Shown here: in pieces, positions 36,430 through 49,995 of the stretch
How positions within the stretch are numbered: the stretch's first letter is position 1
Layout of the letters: each line of letters opens with the position of its first letter
From: Thalia democratica
Lineage: Eukaryota
Assembly: GCA_965202585.1 (NCBI GenBank)
Contig: OZ241831.1
Coordinates: 26,846,001-26,910,000 of the forward strand
Direction of reading: 5' to 3'
Length of the DNA: 64,000 nt
The notes under the pieces: generated by a model
What the model saw: the letters and a program-made list of their open reading frames with translations, nothing else
What the model was told of the DNA's origin: nothing
The model's database searches: none
Program-made: the position numbers and the translations under genes

Positions 36430-36870
36430 ATTGATCAACAAAATCTGAGCAAGTAAGTTAAGTACTGAGAGTTTAAAGTAGAAAAAAAACACTGTTAAAG
36501 AATTATTTATTTAACTAAATTCTTTGTCATCGTAATGTTTAAAGCATTCAAGATTGTTTACTAAATGTTCTTCAATTGCAGAGGAACCTTTGTTGGGCTT
36601 AGATCCTTTGGCTATCCATTTTCTTATCGATTTTGTTATGTAATAATAATTTTTAATTAAGTCTTTAAAACTTTCTTCTAAAAAAAAAATCACAAAGACA
36701 CAAACTTATACATGATGCTGCTTTGTTCATGATCTTGATTAACATTTTTGTAAAAACAATTTAACACGACTACCAATAAAAGTCTACGTAATATTTTTCG
36801 AGCTGGTTCTGTCCTCTTATGACTCATCAGGTAGATATACTCGAGGTGATTTAGTGAAGTTCAATAATAT
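36430..36870 (-). mobile_element. Penelope-like GIY-YIG endonuclease remnant
   Basis: Broken frames read HEQSSIMYKFV.., ..TKSIRKWIAKG..SSAIEEHLVNNLECFKHYDDKEFS.., STLNSQY, matching the PLE endonuclease layout (S..VYKF.C / SAI.EHL..N..C...Y....F / LN.Q). Confidence 0.7.
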
Positions 36871-36933
36871 ATGACAACAAGTTTTTACCTTAAAAAAGGA
36901 TACTAAAAAATTACAATTCTATATACTTTATAG

Positions 36934-37050
36934 TTTATTGAACGACAAAAAAAAGGTGTTCAAAATATTTGGTTCTAGGACCTGGTGCACAAAGAACCTT
37001 TTGGTTATCGAGTCGCACACCATGGATACCTTTTAACGTCTTGTCAAGGA
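36934..37050 (-). repeat. ~120-nt SINE-like repeat, copy 2 of 3
   Basis: Reverse complement homologous to 5301-5425. Confidence 0.7.
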
Positions 37051-39829
37051 TTGTAGTATTATACTTGTTGTCTATTAAAGTTAATAAGTCTAAATTGTGA
37101 AACAATATACTCTTTTGAAATCATACTTTTGATACTTACTATAATTTAAACTTTTTAATTACTTTACTTTTATGGTGTATAAAATTAAAATTTTATTAAA
37201 CACGGCGAAAATAAACGCACAAAAATTTTGATCAAAGGACTTGGTGTTTAGACAAAACCTTTTAGAAATAAAGCTTAAACTATAAATAGTAATAATATAT
37301 TAGCTTAAAAATATAACAAAGAAAAAAAAAATGAATTGAAAAATTTCAAAAGACCTTTTTTATTTTGTGTACTTTAATTCAAGCCTAAGAATATATTTTT
37401 TTAATTAAAAAACGCTTTTGTTTTACTATTTTAAATATTCAATCTATTAAACAACCGTTCAAAATATAAAAAAGTAAAGCGGTTTGTTTAAAGCTTTGCT
37501 AAAAATTTTCGATAAAAAGTTGTGTTTCTTTAGTAACAAAGCTTTTATTCACGCAGTTTTTAGTTTATAAATAGTTGTACTTTAAAAAAGTTAATTCAGT
37601 ATCGTTACTTTTTAGTTTGTTTTTAGTTTAGGTTTGAAATATAACATAAATATATTTCAAAAGCTTTAAAACAATCTTTTACAAAATTTGTAATAATTCA
37701 ATACTTTGGTACAAAAATATAAAAGAAATAAAGCGACATTTAAGTTTGTTTAAAATTTATATAAATATATTTTTTCAAGCCTATAGTTATTTTATAAACT
37801 TAATGACGATTAAAACATTATTTTATAAATATAATACTCTTTTAAAGTTTAAATTTTGAAGACTATTTTAAATTTATGATGATTACTTAAAATTATATTT
37901 TTCGTGTAATTATATAGCTTGGTCAATACATTAACCTAGTATAAAAGTTTAAAAAAAAACCACTCGTTTATTGTTAACTTTTTTAACTAATGAAAAGAAT
38001 ATACAAGGCATCTTGCTTAAAATTGTTTACTTTGAATTTTGGAAAGTTTCCAGCTGTTAAAAATGTTAACAATCAAACTTCAAGGTCTCAGCTTTTTGTT
38101 TAAGTAAACAGTAAGAATGTTTAGACTTCTCATTAGTAAACACAAAAACCTCATTGTTATTTAATTTAAAGTTTTTAAAAATAGTTATGATACCTAACGT
38201 ATTTTATAAAACTATTCGTTTTTCAACGGTACTTATCAGAAAAAAAAACATAAGTTTTAATGCAAACAATGAATATTTAGAGTAAATGTTTAAAAGTTTA
38301 TTTATGTTTCCCTTTATGCTTAATTTGTTTGTAAATTTGGTGCACATGATTATTACAAAAAAAGCTTAATATTTTTTAATTCTTATGTAGATATCTTAAT
38401 TAAAATGTAAACAAACTGTACAAAATTTATTCTTCTCTATTTAAGAATAAACTATGATTGTATTTTATGACGAAAGTCTGCTTTAAACTTTATTTTCAAA
38501 ACAAAAAGGTGTTTCTAAAGTTTAAAGTTGGGTATACAAATTATTTACATAATTTTCGTCAATTCAAATGTAAAAATCGTACAATTTTTTATTATTATAC
38601 GTCTAAAAATCTGGAGATAAAAGATTTTAACAAATATTTATTTGTCAGTTCACTTTTGATTTAATAAGAATGGACGAACATTTGAAATATTTTCTCACAC
38701 TCTAGTGCTTTCTGATCTTATGCTTTTTACGATTTCCTTATTTAGTTTACAATTTTAAAGAAGTGTTAAACTTCTGCAGTATAAATTTCATGAAGGAAAA
38801 CTAGCTTATGTGAAAAGCAAACAATATCTGAAAGATAGTAGTTTTATTTGTTTAACAATATCTAAAAATTTCAATTAAGATTAGTGTAATATCTCAAAAC
38901 AGAATTAAAACAAGTATAAAACTAAGCAAGCATACTAAAAATTTTTTCTCAAATAATTTAATAAATTAGCAGTACATTTTGGATGCTTTTGTTTTTTAGT
39001 CTAAACAAAGCTTAAAAACACTGTAGAATTTACTACTAACTTTAATTTTAAAATATACTCCTTTGAATTTTGCATATATTTTCAAATTGTAAAAGCTGTT
39101 CAATTTGCTTAAAGTGTTCAATATTTTAGTAAAAACGCGTAAACTTTAACTGTTTTAAATTTTGATTATAGTATATTAAACGTGTTTTTTACCACATTTA
39201 AAATAATGTAATTAGCGTTAATTGAAAAGAGTTTTATAAAACAAAAATAAAAAGTTTCTAAACAAAAAGTTTGATTTCAAGCAATTTAATACTTTAATTA
39301 CATTGATACAAGTTAAACAACTCAAGGATATGTAGCTGTATTAGTTACAATAAGTTTGAAACTTCTCTACAAAACCACAAATAAATTGTTTTGATTAAAT
39401 GACACTTCCCATCAAAGACTAGGCAATTTTATTCTTTCGTTTTTTAAAACTAGCTTTACTTTTACATTGATAAAAACAATTATTCTAAAAATCTTTGTAT
39501 TAAAAGATTAGGCATTTAAATAGGTGTTGAAACTAAAAAAAAAATAATTGAAAAAACAAAAGTTATTTTTAAAATATGAGTAGTAAATAATTTTTTTAGC
39601 AGTGCTGCAATAGTTTACTTTTAACTTAAAAAATATACAGTTAGCAACTTACAGAACATTTCTTTGATTTAAAATACTTGCGTATGTATTTATAAAAAAA
39701 TACTTTTTTACTTATGCGTTAAAAATAAAAATAAATGAGTTAATTTCCTTTAAAAATGTCAAAACAAATCAAAATTTTTGTTGTAGTTAAAAGCAATCAA
39801 ATAAGACTTATTGGAATCTTAGAAGCCAA

Positions 39830-40290
39830 TTTTTTCATCGTCACAGAAAAAATCTCCAATTAGTGTTACGTCATTCACAGATATCGGATCAAAGTTTTAA
39901 CGCTTTTCCGTTCGACCTTATTAAAATTCCTTAAATTATTTAGCAAGATTTTGAATTAAGAAAATATTAACAAACGCACAGTAAAACAAATTTACACAAC
40001 GTTGCAACATTTTGATAAACTTTAACAATCGTTGAAGTTCGTCCATGATGTTTTATACTGTAATCTTTTCTAGAGCAAAAAATAAGATTGAACATTGATT
40101 GACAACAGACAAATTACTTTAGAAATAACCAACTTTTGTTGCCTTAACAGCTTTTGTACGTTTTGTGAGAGCGGACTTCTAAGCTTAAACTTGTTGGCTA
40201 GGAAAAGAATGCTTTTTTTGCGCTTTAAAATTACTTTAAACATCTTAATACATTCAACATCCTTATACAAAACCTGTTATTGTTACGAAT
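39830..40290. promoter_or_regulatory. Candidate cis-regulatory island ~7 kb 3' of bmp2/4
   Basis: Locally CpG-retaining and non-repetitive; TTACGTCA (39866-39873), TCF-type ATCAAAG (39888-39894). Confidence 0.25.
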
Positions 40291-42779
40291 CTTAATTGTA
40301 CTGTATAAATTGTAATGTGGAAAAAGTTTTACTTCAAAATGTTCGTTTAATTATTTTATTATTTTGCTGTTATTTTTACAAACTAAATAAAATATTAATT
40401 TGATACAATGACTAAATCTTATTTTATAAAATAAAAACGATTTTCTTCTACGTTGAACTTTAGTTTTATACAGTTTTAAGTGAAAACTTTTCCCAAAAAC
40501 TTTCACTATGAGTATTGTGAAAACTTCACTTAAATATAAGTATTTTACTTACTAATTAATTTAACGTTTACTGGAAAAATAAAATAAGTATTATTTCAAA
40601 CTTCACTTGAATTTACCTTAAATACAAAATTACAATATTAAAGAACGAAAGACCGTATCAAATCTTAGTTTTTAACAACTTTAAAACAACAATAATGTTA
40701 CAAAAATGTTCATGAAAAAACGAAGCTGCTTTTTTTACTATTTAATTTATTTGTACTAACATTAAAATTTATCTAATTTTAAGAAAAGTATTTCATAAAA
40801 TTTACTAAAGGAAGATAGAGATCAATTAAAAAGAAAAAAGAATATTGTGTTCGTTCCTATTTTCGTTGGCACTTTTAAATAAGTTTATAGTAACAAAGAA
40901 ACTTGTAACTTCACCTGAAAAGCGATTTTCGATATGAGTTTAAACATGTTCAATTTATTTCTAAAACGATTTGCGTATTTATAACGTTTCCTTTATTAAT
41001 ACAAATTAAGACATGACAACTTATTGTATAAAGCGATAGTTTGGTCAGTTTTGTTTCTGCTTTAAAAAAAGTAACAATAGAGAAATTAGCTCTTTTACTA
41101 TTGCTTAAAGTTTATGATAATGGTATTGTTACGGTAGTTAGATGTCTTATACAAAAACAATTTATCACACTTGTCAATTCATAATGTTAGCTGTTTAAGT
41201 AGTCGTGTATTTTTTTTGGAACTCTAATTAAATAAAACATTAAACTGATTTAATCACTCATATTTTAAAAATTACTTACTTAGACAATTATAAAAAATTA
41301 ATACATTTTTAAACATCCGATAAAAAAAATTTAAATAAATTTTATAAAGGATTGATAAAGTTGAGGTCACGCTATATAGTCACTTTGAATTTTTTTGTCA
41401 ACTCTATAGAAAATCCATATTGTTTTATAAATTAGAAGTCTGGATTTGGTATAACAATTTTATTATACACGGTAGATATTTTACAACATTGTTTTATTTA
41501 GAAAAAAAATTGTTTAAAATGGTTTTTATAGGTCTTTATGAGAAAAAAATATATATTAAAAAGCTTTCAACAAATAATTACAATAATTATAAAAAAAAAT
41601 AAAATAAAACGTTTTGAATTTAATGTTTGAAAAAAAAGTCGTACATTTACTTAATTAATTTCTTATACGTAAGTTTAAAAAAATAACCGTTATATTGCAT
41701 TAATATTAATCGTAAAACTAATTATCAATTAAATTTGTATATTTCAAAAAAACAAAAGGATAGTTTCAGTACATATTTTGAATAACTATCATTATATTTA
41801 GACTATTTTGTTTTGATTTAAACCATGACTGTATATGTTCACTCAGAGAACATTCATGCTGGTTCAAAAACCAAAACTAAAAAACACTGAAGCTAGGCTA
41901 AGTTTTTTTTATAAATAGTCAAAAAGTTTCTGTAGGTTTGAATTAGCGTTACTAGTATCATAACTGTATAATAAGCTTTAATCATTGATGAAAATTTTAA
42001 AATAACAAAAGTATACTTGAAATAAAAGTCAGGAGCAAAACAGCAAGTAATTTATTTACTGTTTAACAATTATCTATTTTTTTGTGATTTAAACAGTAAA
42101 GCAAACTTTAAGACTCTAACTTATTCAAACTATTTTGCACTGCGCTTAAATATGATTTTGTGTATACCAGAAGAGTTAGGTTCAATTGACTCCAATTCAA
42201 AGTCAATGAAGGGTTAAACAAGAAACAATTGACTTTTTTGGATTTGTCATATTTAATGTCATCATAGGTGGTCCATGCAGCTACTTCATGCATCGTACTC
42301 GATTTTTTTTAAAGCTCAAATCGTATTAGTTTTTATACTTTTGCAAAATTTCCACATATCAAACAATGATATTATATTTGTTTAGGTTGAATAAACTTTT
42401 AACAAAGTCTTAAATTGTTTCAATAACATGTGAATACTAATCCATTAAAAAAAATCAAAATATTTATAAGGTTACGACTTAATACATAGCAAAAAGTTTT
42501 ATATTAATAAAGAGAATAAAATTATTAGGAAAAACTTTATATATGGAAATTTTAGTTATACAGCTATTTAAAAAAACAATATTTCAAACTTATACAACTT
42601 GAACTCTGTAATGGTTATATGATTATGAAAAAATCAAGGACTTAACTGTTAAAAATTTCAGAAATACTTGTTTGAAAGCTTTGCTTTAGCGTACCAATTT
42701 ACTTATTAACCTTTTTTCAATATAAAGTTGAAATCCAGTCCTAATTTTAAAAAAGGTTACCTTAAAATTTGCTTATACT

Positions 42780-43290
42780 TAAAGACAAACTACACAGGTA
42801 AGTTTGTTATTAAAAGATTAAAACGGATACGTATTATAACTTTATGCATGTAAACAACACAAAAATTAACGTTCACAATAATAAATAATATCAAAGAAGG
42901 TGAGCGAACAATGAGTCGATTTAATCTAGCTGCGGGATAACGCACCTTTGAAAATCCATCTTTAAAAAACAAAAGTCATACGCGCCCACGCTCTTTGATT
43001 TCTGTCAATCACTGCCCGTTTCGCCACATTGCATTTTGTTTTGTGTATGTGTGTGAGCTCTGTGCGGCACCGACAGTCGATTTCCCCTCTATCGCCTTTT
43101 CGTCGCTTCAAAACGCATTTTCGGGTTGGTACTCGATACTGCGTTGGAATCGCTACAAAGCGCCTTAAACAAGTGCCAAAAATAGTAATCTCCATTTTAG
43201 TTTGTTGTATCAAACTTCGTTTTTTGTTGGCCGACTCGAAAATGTTTGAGAATCCCCCAGATGTAACTGTATGATTTGCTTGCTTTATTT
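42780..43290. promoter_or_regulatory. GC/CpG-rich non-coding island, candidate bmp2/4 3' enhancer
   Basis: Strongest non-coding GC/CpG peak in the window with no credible ORF. Three TCF-type sites (42890, 42946, 42993), Sox AACAAT (42907), Fox GTAAACA (42850). Confidence 0.5.
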
Positions 43291-46200
43291 ACTTGACTAG
43301 TTGCATTTAAATTAAAATTTCATTTTCTTAATAAACAAACTGTTACGGATATAAAAATACTTAAATATACCAAAGATAGAAGCAGTAATAAATCGAGTTA
43401 TAAAGTGTAGCTAAATAATAAATTAAAAACAATTATCTCAGTCGAGTCAATTTTATTTTAAGTGTATTGTGTTTGTATACAAAGAAATATATATTTCATT
43501 TTTTTTTGTGTGTACATAAAGTTTGAAGAAACTAAAAATATATAAATTAAGTTGAGTTTGTTTATGCAAAACCTTATGTATTTACATAAATGAATTCTGC
43601 AGCTATTCACTGCGTACAATTAACAAAAAACAAAAATTATTGACTTATCAATTGCTTTTTACCAAATGTATTCAACCTGTTGCCTTTTATCGATTAAAGA
43701 TTTTATCAATTACCAAAAAACATTAAAGTCATATCTAATTTTATATAATTATTTCCGATATAATATTGTTGAAACAACATAAACAAGCTTTACTCGCTGC
43801 CTTTTGTTATTGTTACAGTTTTTTTTATTAAATTAAATCAAAAAAGATAATTTTTTGTTACCCAAATCGAAGAATAGGTTTAAAAGGTGATGAACAGACA
43901 AAAATACCCCTGATTTACACCGTCGGCTAAACAACTAAAATCATTAATACCATGACACCTAAACTCAAACTCTAGGCTAAACAAATAGGCAACCAGTTTA
44001 AAGCGTTTGAAATTGATCTTTATGTTTCAATTCAAAATAATAAAACAATAAAACAAATATAGAAATTGTAGCAATGTTTAAGTAAAAAACGTATTTTTTT
44101 AAAATCTAATTACAAAAGTGACATAAATGAAATAGCTTAGTTTCTTACAAATTACTACATTTTAGTCTATAAAGAGACTTAACTAAGTTTATTAGTGTTT
44201 TAGTTTAAATATGATATGACCATTTTTATACTATATTGCTTCTAAAACATTAATATTGTTAAACCTGTAAAAGTATTATTAGTTTTACAATAAAATGTTG
44301 TTCTTATTATGGAAATTTAAAGCAAAATGTAAGTTACATGTAAACTAAAAAAAAATTTCAAGTAGTTGTCTAATAATTATATTTAATAAACAATTTCATA
44401 AATTTTTTAATTAGATTTTAAAACTATTTATTCAAAATAAGTGTTAAATGTAAACTTTAATTTTCGTTTAAAAATACTTCCTTTTAAATTAAACATTTAA
44501 TTTATAATTTAACTCATAAACTCTGTGTTTGAACAACTTCAATAACAAAAAATTGGGTAAAAAATATTTTTTACATTTTGTTTTACATGAAAAATTGTTT
44601 TGTAAACTCTGCTTATATTAGAACAACTTCGTCGTTTAAATTTAATTTAGGCCATAAAATAACAAAATATAATGTCATCTTAAAAACAATTTTAAATTGA
44701 AAAGTGTTTCTTCTATTGTAATTTTATATTCATACTATTTTTAAAGATAGCACTCACATTTTTTAGTTTGTAAAAAGTTAGAGTAATCTAAACCATTAAG
44801 TGTATTTTTATCTTAAAATACATTAATATAAAAAAAACATCTGCCTTTATAAAACTGTTGCGTTGTAGTTAAATTTTAGTTTAGAATACATAACAAACTA
44901 ACTTAATAGAATTTAACAGCTCAAAGAATTGATAAACATAAAATAGGAGTTGTGCATGAAACTAAAATTTTTTATAAAAATGTATATTTATAATAACAGC
45001 TCACCGGTACATACCTACTTTATACCATGTATATACCTACTTTAGCTTCTATTCTTTCCTTACAGTATTTTTTTTACAGAGCTCCATTGAAGTGTGTTAA
45101 TCCGTTAACACACAGAAACATGTGTTAGTGTAATAAAGAAAGGACACTGTATAACTTGTTATTATAATTTATAATAACATTTATTTTGATCAAATATTAT
45201 ATAAAAAAACAACACTAAAACTAGCTTTTTATTCAAAACTTAAATCGTTATTTTATATATATTTAGAAAAAAATATTCAAAATTAATGTTTTAAATAAAT
45301 AATTAATTAACTTCTACCAACTAATTTAATACTTAAATAACAAAACATATTTTAAATTATTAGCAGATGTTTAAAGTTATTACTTATTAGGTAAATTATA
45401 ACATATGCAGAGTGAATTTGTTTGTAGAACATATTTGCTAACTTGTAAATTAAGATTACTTTATTAGATAGAATTTTTATTTATTCATTTCTTATGTGAA
45501 GTTTTTTCAGAGTATTGTACATAAATTTGTTTTCATCAAGTAATTTTGAATTTTTTTTAGCTATTTTTTTGTTTAGTCTATATAATACAAGTTATACTAA
45601 CTTTTAAAAACGTAAAATTTTAAATTACATAAGATAAAGTATATACTTATAAAAAAATTCATATCAGATAAATTTATCGTTGACTTTAAATAAATTTAAA
45701 AGAAGTACGGTTTATTAATTAAAACTCGCGATAAGTATATTTTTTAGGTTAAAAAGAACTACAGAACAGTTATAAATATGGACAAGCAAATTATTTTGTA
45801 CTAAAAAAAAATAATCTTCGTAATTATCTTAACTAGTTATACCTTTTTTTTAATTAAAATAAAAGTGATTAATAGTACACTATATCAGCGAATAAAACAA
45901 AGTTTATTTGCGGAGTAAAACTCACAAGGGAAACAGAGTTGAGTTTATTTTTTTTGAACTGACTACACCGTTTTTACCATTGAAAAAGAGTAACAGATAA
46001 GGCAATTATCGTATTATAATTTAAAGTATATGTTTAAAGTTTTTATAAAAGTTTTGGCTATTTTTAGACTAATTTCGTTCAAAATGATTTAACTAAATAC
46101 TTTTAAATGTTTATCTCAAAGTTCTTTTCAACATCTAGTTTAATGATCTCGCTTTTTGACTCAAGCTTATTGTTTATATATATTTTTTTTTTAATGTTAT

Positions 46201-47357
46201 TATTCATTAATAACTTTCAGGATAAAAACTTAAGTACCTTAGTGAGGTCATAATTTAATAAAACTTACATAATTTTTAAATATTAAAGTTACGTTAAAGT
46301 TGTATCTAAAAAAAGATAAAACATATATCGTACATTTTATATTTGAAACAGAAAATATTGTTGTGTATTACTTTTTATATGAAAATTAGAACATTTCAAA
46401 TATTTTAATATGTTTATTTAAAATGCAAATATTTGAGTTAAGAAAAATAAGAAATCATAAAACAAAAAAAATAAAATGAAGAAAAATAGGTTCAGCTAAA
46501 GCTTAACAAAAACTTAACAGAATTTTTTTTTGCAGCATCAGAGTTTTGTTCTTGTTATATTTAACTAATTTAAAGAAAGAAAATCAAAAAAGAAACTAAA
46601 ATTAAAAAATCGACGCAGGTTATTGTATTTTTGGTAATTTTTAAATACCTTTAAAAAACTTATATAAAGGATATTTTAAGGCAAGAAAATATAAATACAA
46701 AGTAAATTAACTTTGGTTTTAGTTGAAACATTTATAGTAAACGTGAGTAGGTGTAGCAAAATTAATATTTGTAATAAAAAATGTTTGGCTGTGTATTTAG
46801 ACTTCTTTGTTTCCTTTATAACAAAAGGTTAATAGCTCGATCTAAGCTATAAATTGATGATAAAAAATATTTATATAGATTTTGTATTTTTTCACCTCTA
46901 GAAATTTAAACTTTGTGTCAGTAAACAATAACGTTAAACTGTATACAACCAAACTTTCTTAAGCAAAAAGTGTGACTTTAAAATTTTGTAAAGTTAAAAA
47001 TACTGAAAACATGTAACAATAAATGTCATACACATTTTTAGGAGGTAAAGTGTAAGCATCGGGTACAACACTAGTTCATGCCAGCATGAGGCTAAGTATA
47101 AATAATAGCAAAATTAATCACAAAACTTCGGCAGTCGTTTCAATAAATTAGTATAAAAAGCAAAAATCTAAAATTCATCTCTAAAATCATCACCTTTTGT
47201 TAACATTCTACCAAAATCAAAATACTAATTACACTCTTTTATCGAGTATCAAGATCATATATACTTTTTTATACTAAAATCTTTTATATATATCTTTAAA
47301 ATGCGCGTATCGAAAAGTCTTAACTAGTCTTACATAAAGATTGCCTTTTTATAAAAG

Positions 47358-48352
47358 TTACCGGCAGCCACACTCTTCCGCGATCATTTCAGGATAAGTC
47401 TTTAGCACAACTTGGTCAGTGCGGTCCAAATACAGCATTGAAAGTTCCCCCAACTTGGTCGGAACGCAACACGTTTTCGGTGCAGCGCTCTTATCAACGT
47501 CATTAACCAGAGTCTGTACAACTGCATGGTTCGTGGCATTCATGAACCTGGACAGTGGGAAATTGCATGTTCCTTGGCAATAAAACGCCTCGTAACCGTG
47601 AGGAGCCACGATCCAATTGCTCCAGCCGACCCTTTCAAAGTTGACGACTAGACTATTTCGTCGACAGCTTCTTTGACGGCGTCGCTTCCTTCCCTTTTTG
47701 CGTGTGACTGCTTCCCGCTTGTACTTTCGGCGTGACACAGGTGTTAAGTTTTCATACGAATGAGTACTGTTAAACCCATCCTTACTTGCAAAATACTTGC
47801 TTTTCTTGTCACCTTTATCTAGACTTCTTTTTACTTTACTTTTTCTAACAAGGTTTGTTTTTCTTCCATCATCTGAGTAAACGAGAAGTAAAGGTCTTTG
47901 GTGGAGCCAATCGGTTTGCTTTACTTCTTCTCTTATAACTGATCGACGGAGTCTTATATGAGATTTTAAAGAGTCTAATGAAATAGTATGATTGTTATTT
48001 AGAGCCACTACCTTAACAATAAAGCCATGATTCGGCTTTACTTTATGTTTCCACTCTTCAACTAATTTGCTAACATTGAAAATTTCCCATTTCGTGTCTC
48101 TTAAGGACTGTATTTTTCTCGTATCAATTAGCTTCAACTCTTTTGCACTAGTTGCAGTCGACTCCCGCAGAACCTCATACACCTTGATTTCGTGGTTGAG
48201 CAAAGACTGCATGTTTTCGGTGATCGGCAAGAGCTTGCGGTGAATATGAAGATGCGATGCACGATGAAGTTCGTCTGTGGGAAGCGAAGAAATGTCGAAC
48301 TTGAGTTTCACTTCATATTCTTCAACTGGATCACTGTCCTGCTCACTCGACT
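47358..48352 (-). CDS. bmp2/4: BMP2/4 coding exon 2 (rest of prodomain + mature TGF-beta domain)
   Basis: Acceptor GCTAAACAG| at 48353. Encodes [25 protein letters not shown] and a seven-cysteine mature domain ([66 protein letters not shown]). Confidence 0.97.
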
Positions 48353-49280
48353 CTGTTTAGCAAAAAAGTCTAACAGTTTTTCAAATGTTTATTTTAACTT
48401 GTGTAAATTCAAATTACGTGCAAATGTTTTTCAAATATATTTTACAAACACATATGGCATATTAATACCTTTATAAATACATTTTTTTTATGATAACTGC
48501 TGTTGTTATGAAATTAGTTTATAAAAAGAAAGCATGTGTAGCCATTTTAAAACAGATGTAGATGGCAAAAATTTGTTTGTTTTTTATTTATACACAAAAC
48601 TTTATTATCTAATTATCATTGTTTCTCAAGTATATGAAGACTATGCGTAGCGTCTTAAATAAAACTTAATCTTTATTTATTCCAAACGTAGGCTATACTC
48701 AAGTATTTATAAACATATGAAAACTAAAAAAATATTTAATGACTAAAACTAACAAAAAAACTAACAAATAAAAGCATTGGTAGCAACAAAATAACTTAGT
48801 TATAAACAAATTGTTTCTAAAACATGTTTTTTCAAGAAAAAAGAAAAAAAAATGATGAATTTTATACGTATTCTTTTTCATATAAAGTAGAAAATGATCA
48901 TGAAAACATTAAGCAGAAAAATGTTTAGAGTAGCTAAAAAGTAAACAAAGACAAAACTTTTACTAAACCAATAAAATACCAAGGTGAAATTTATTGTTAG
49001 TGTTTAAGCTTAAGAATTACCCTTTACATTATTGATACTTTAAGCATCATAAAGTAAACAACTTATAGTTTTATCATAAATTAAAAGTTTTTGATTTTAT
49101 ATTTAGCTTTGTTTTGTATGAAAAATTAAAAGTTTATTTTTGCTCCTACAACTTATGTTTAAATTCATTTAAGATAAGACTTAAAGTGTTTAAACGAATA
49201 ATTAATTACCTACATTAAACGATTCTAACATTAAAAAAACTTAAAGCAGAGCATGAATTACATACATAAAGTCAGCTTAC

Positions 49281-49662
49281 CTATATGCAACAAGCTTCTC
49301 ACTGTGTTTGAAACACTGGCAATATCGTAGGAAGGCAATGAAAAACCATTATTGTCGTGTGTGAGCTCTTTCACATCGAGCACGCTGCCTCGCGTTGGCA
49401 AATGTTTGCCCGTGTGAGCTCGGTAAAACTGCTGCATAATGGCGGGTGCGCGAGCGTCTTGCGCCGGGGTCGGCACTCTTTTCAAGCCGAGCAGCTTCAG
49501 CAAGCGAGCTTCGATTTGGCTCCTCGTCTTTTCGTCCGCGTTCAACTGGTCAAATTCTCCGACTTTGTTGAGAAACTCGTCATTTTTAAACATTGGTTGC
49601 ACGTCGACCAAACAAAGTTTGTTAAGCAGTAAAAGCAACAATATACTTTTTATATAATTCAT
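49281..49662 (-). CDS. bmp2/4: BMP2/4 coding exon 1 (signal peptide + prodomain start); spliced product 458 aa
   Basis: Signal peptide MNYIKSILLLLLLNKLCL; IEARLLKLLGLKRVPTP; SNTVRS. Donor ATAG|GTAAGC at 49280, phase 1, joins exon 2 in frame (..LLHI-E-SSEQ..) across a 928-nt intron. This position matches the HHE|E intron of chordate BMP2/4 genes. Confidence 0.95.
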
Positions 49663-49821
49663 CGTTTAGTTTTTGTTGTTAATGTCTAGTGAATTAGCTG
49701 GGTTGTTTAATGCAAATATTACAAACTGTATAAAAAAGTACTTACTTTTCTAATTACTTTAGTTTTGAACTAATTTTTCTAGATTTTGTAACAGAAGTCA
49801 GAAATCTTTAAACGCCATTAC

Positions 49822-49995
49822 CTTAAGTATAAAAACAGTTTTTAAAAGTATTTTATTCAATATGATAGTAAATCATAAAAATGTATAATTAATCAAAGTG
49901 TAACAAAACAAAACTCATAAACATTTCTCAGCTTAAAATTTTTAGATTGTTTTCTATGGGTTGCTAAAACTCACACTTCGCTTAAACAGAACACT
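49822..49995 (-). other. Predicted non-coding 5' exon of bmp2/4
   Basis: Donor AAG|GTAATG at 49821 and acceptor TTTTATACAG| at 49726 define a 96-nt intron upstream of the ATG exon. Confidence 0.4.

Noticed and set aside
36783-36836. Second hammerhead (minus strand CTGATGAG..CGAAA with TCTAC/GTAGA flanks)
   Set aside because: Stem II does not close properly next to GAAA, and the segment lies inside the Penelope endonuclease coding remnant; probably coincidental.
42790-43274. Short ORFs in the GC island as a protein-coding gene
   Set aside because: Overlapping ORFs on both strands with no recognisable motif or convincing splice frame; better explained by GC content.
45092-45113. 9-bp hairpin GTGTGTTAA-TCCG-TTAACACAC as a Helitron 3' end
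   Set aside because: No CTRR terminus at the expected distance on either strand and no second copy seen.
48192-49657. Plus-strand ORFs overlapping bmp2/4 exons
   Set aside because: Explained by stop-poor GC-rich antisense frames of the BMP coding sequence.
1044-49662. IDH3-BMP2/4 linkage as conserved synteny (human IDH3B and BMP2 are both on 20p)
   Set aside because: The IDH3 subunit identity is unresolved and the human genes are megabases apart; cannot be supported from this window.
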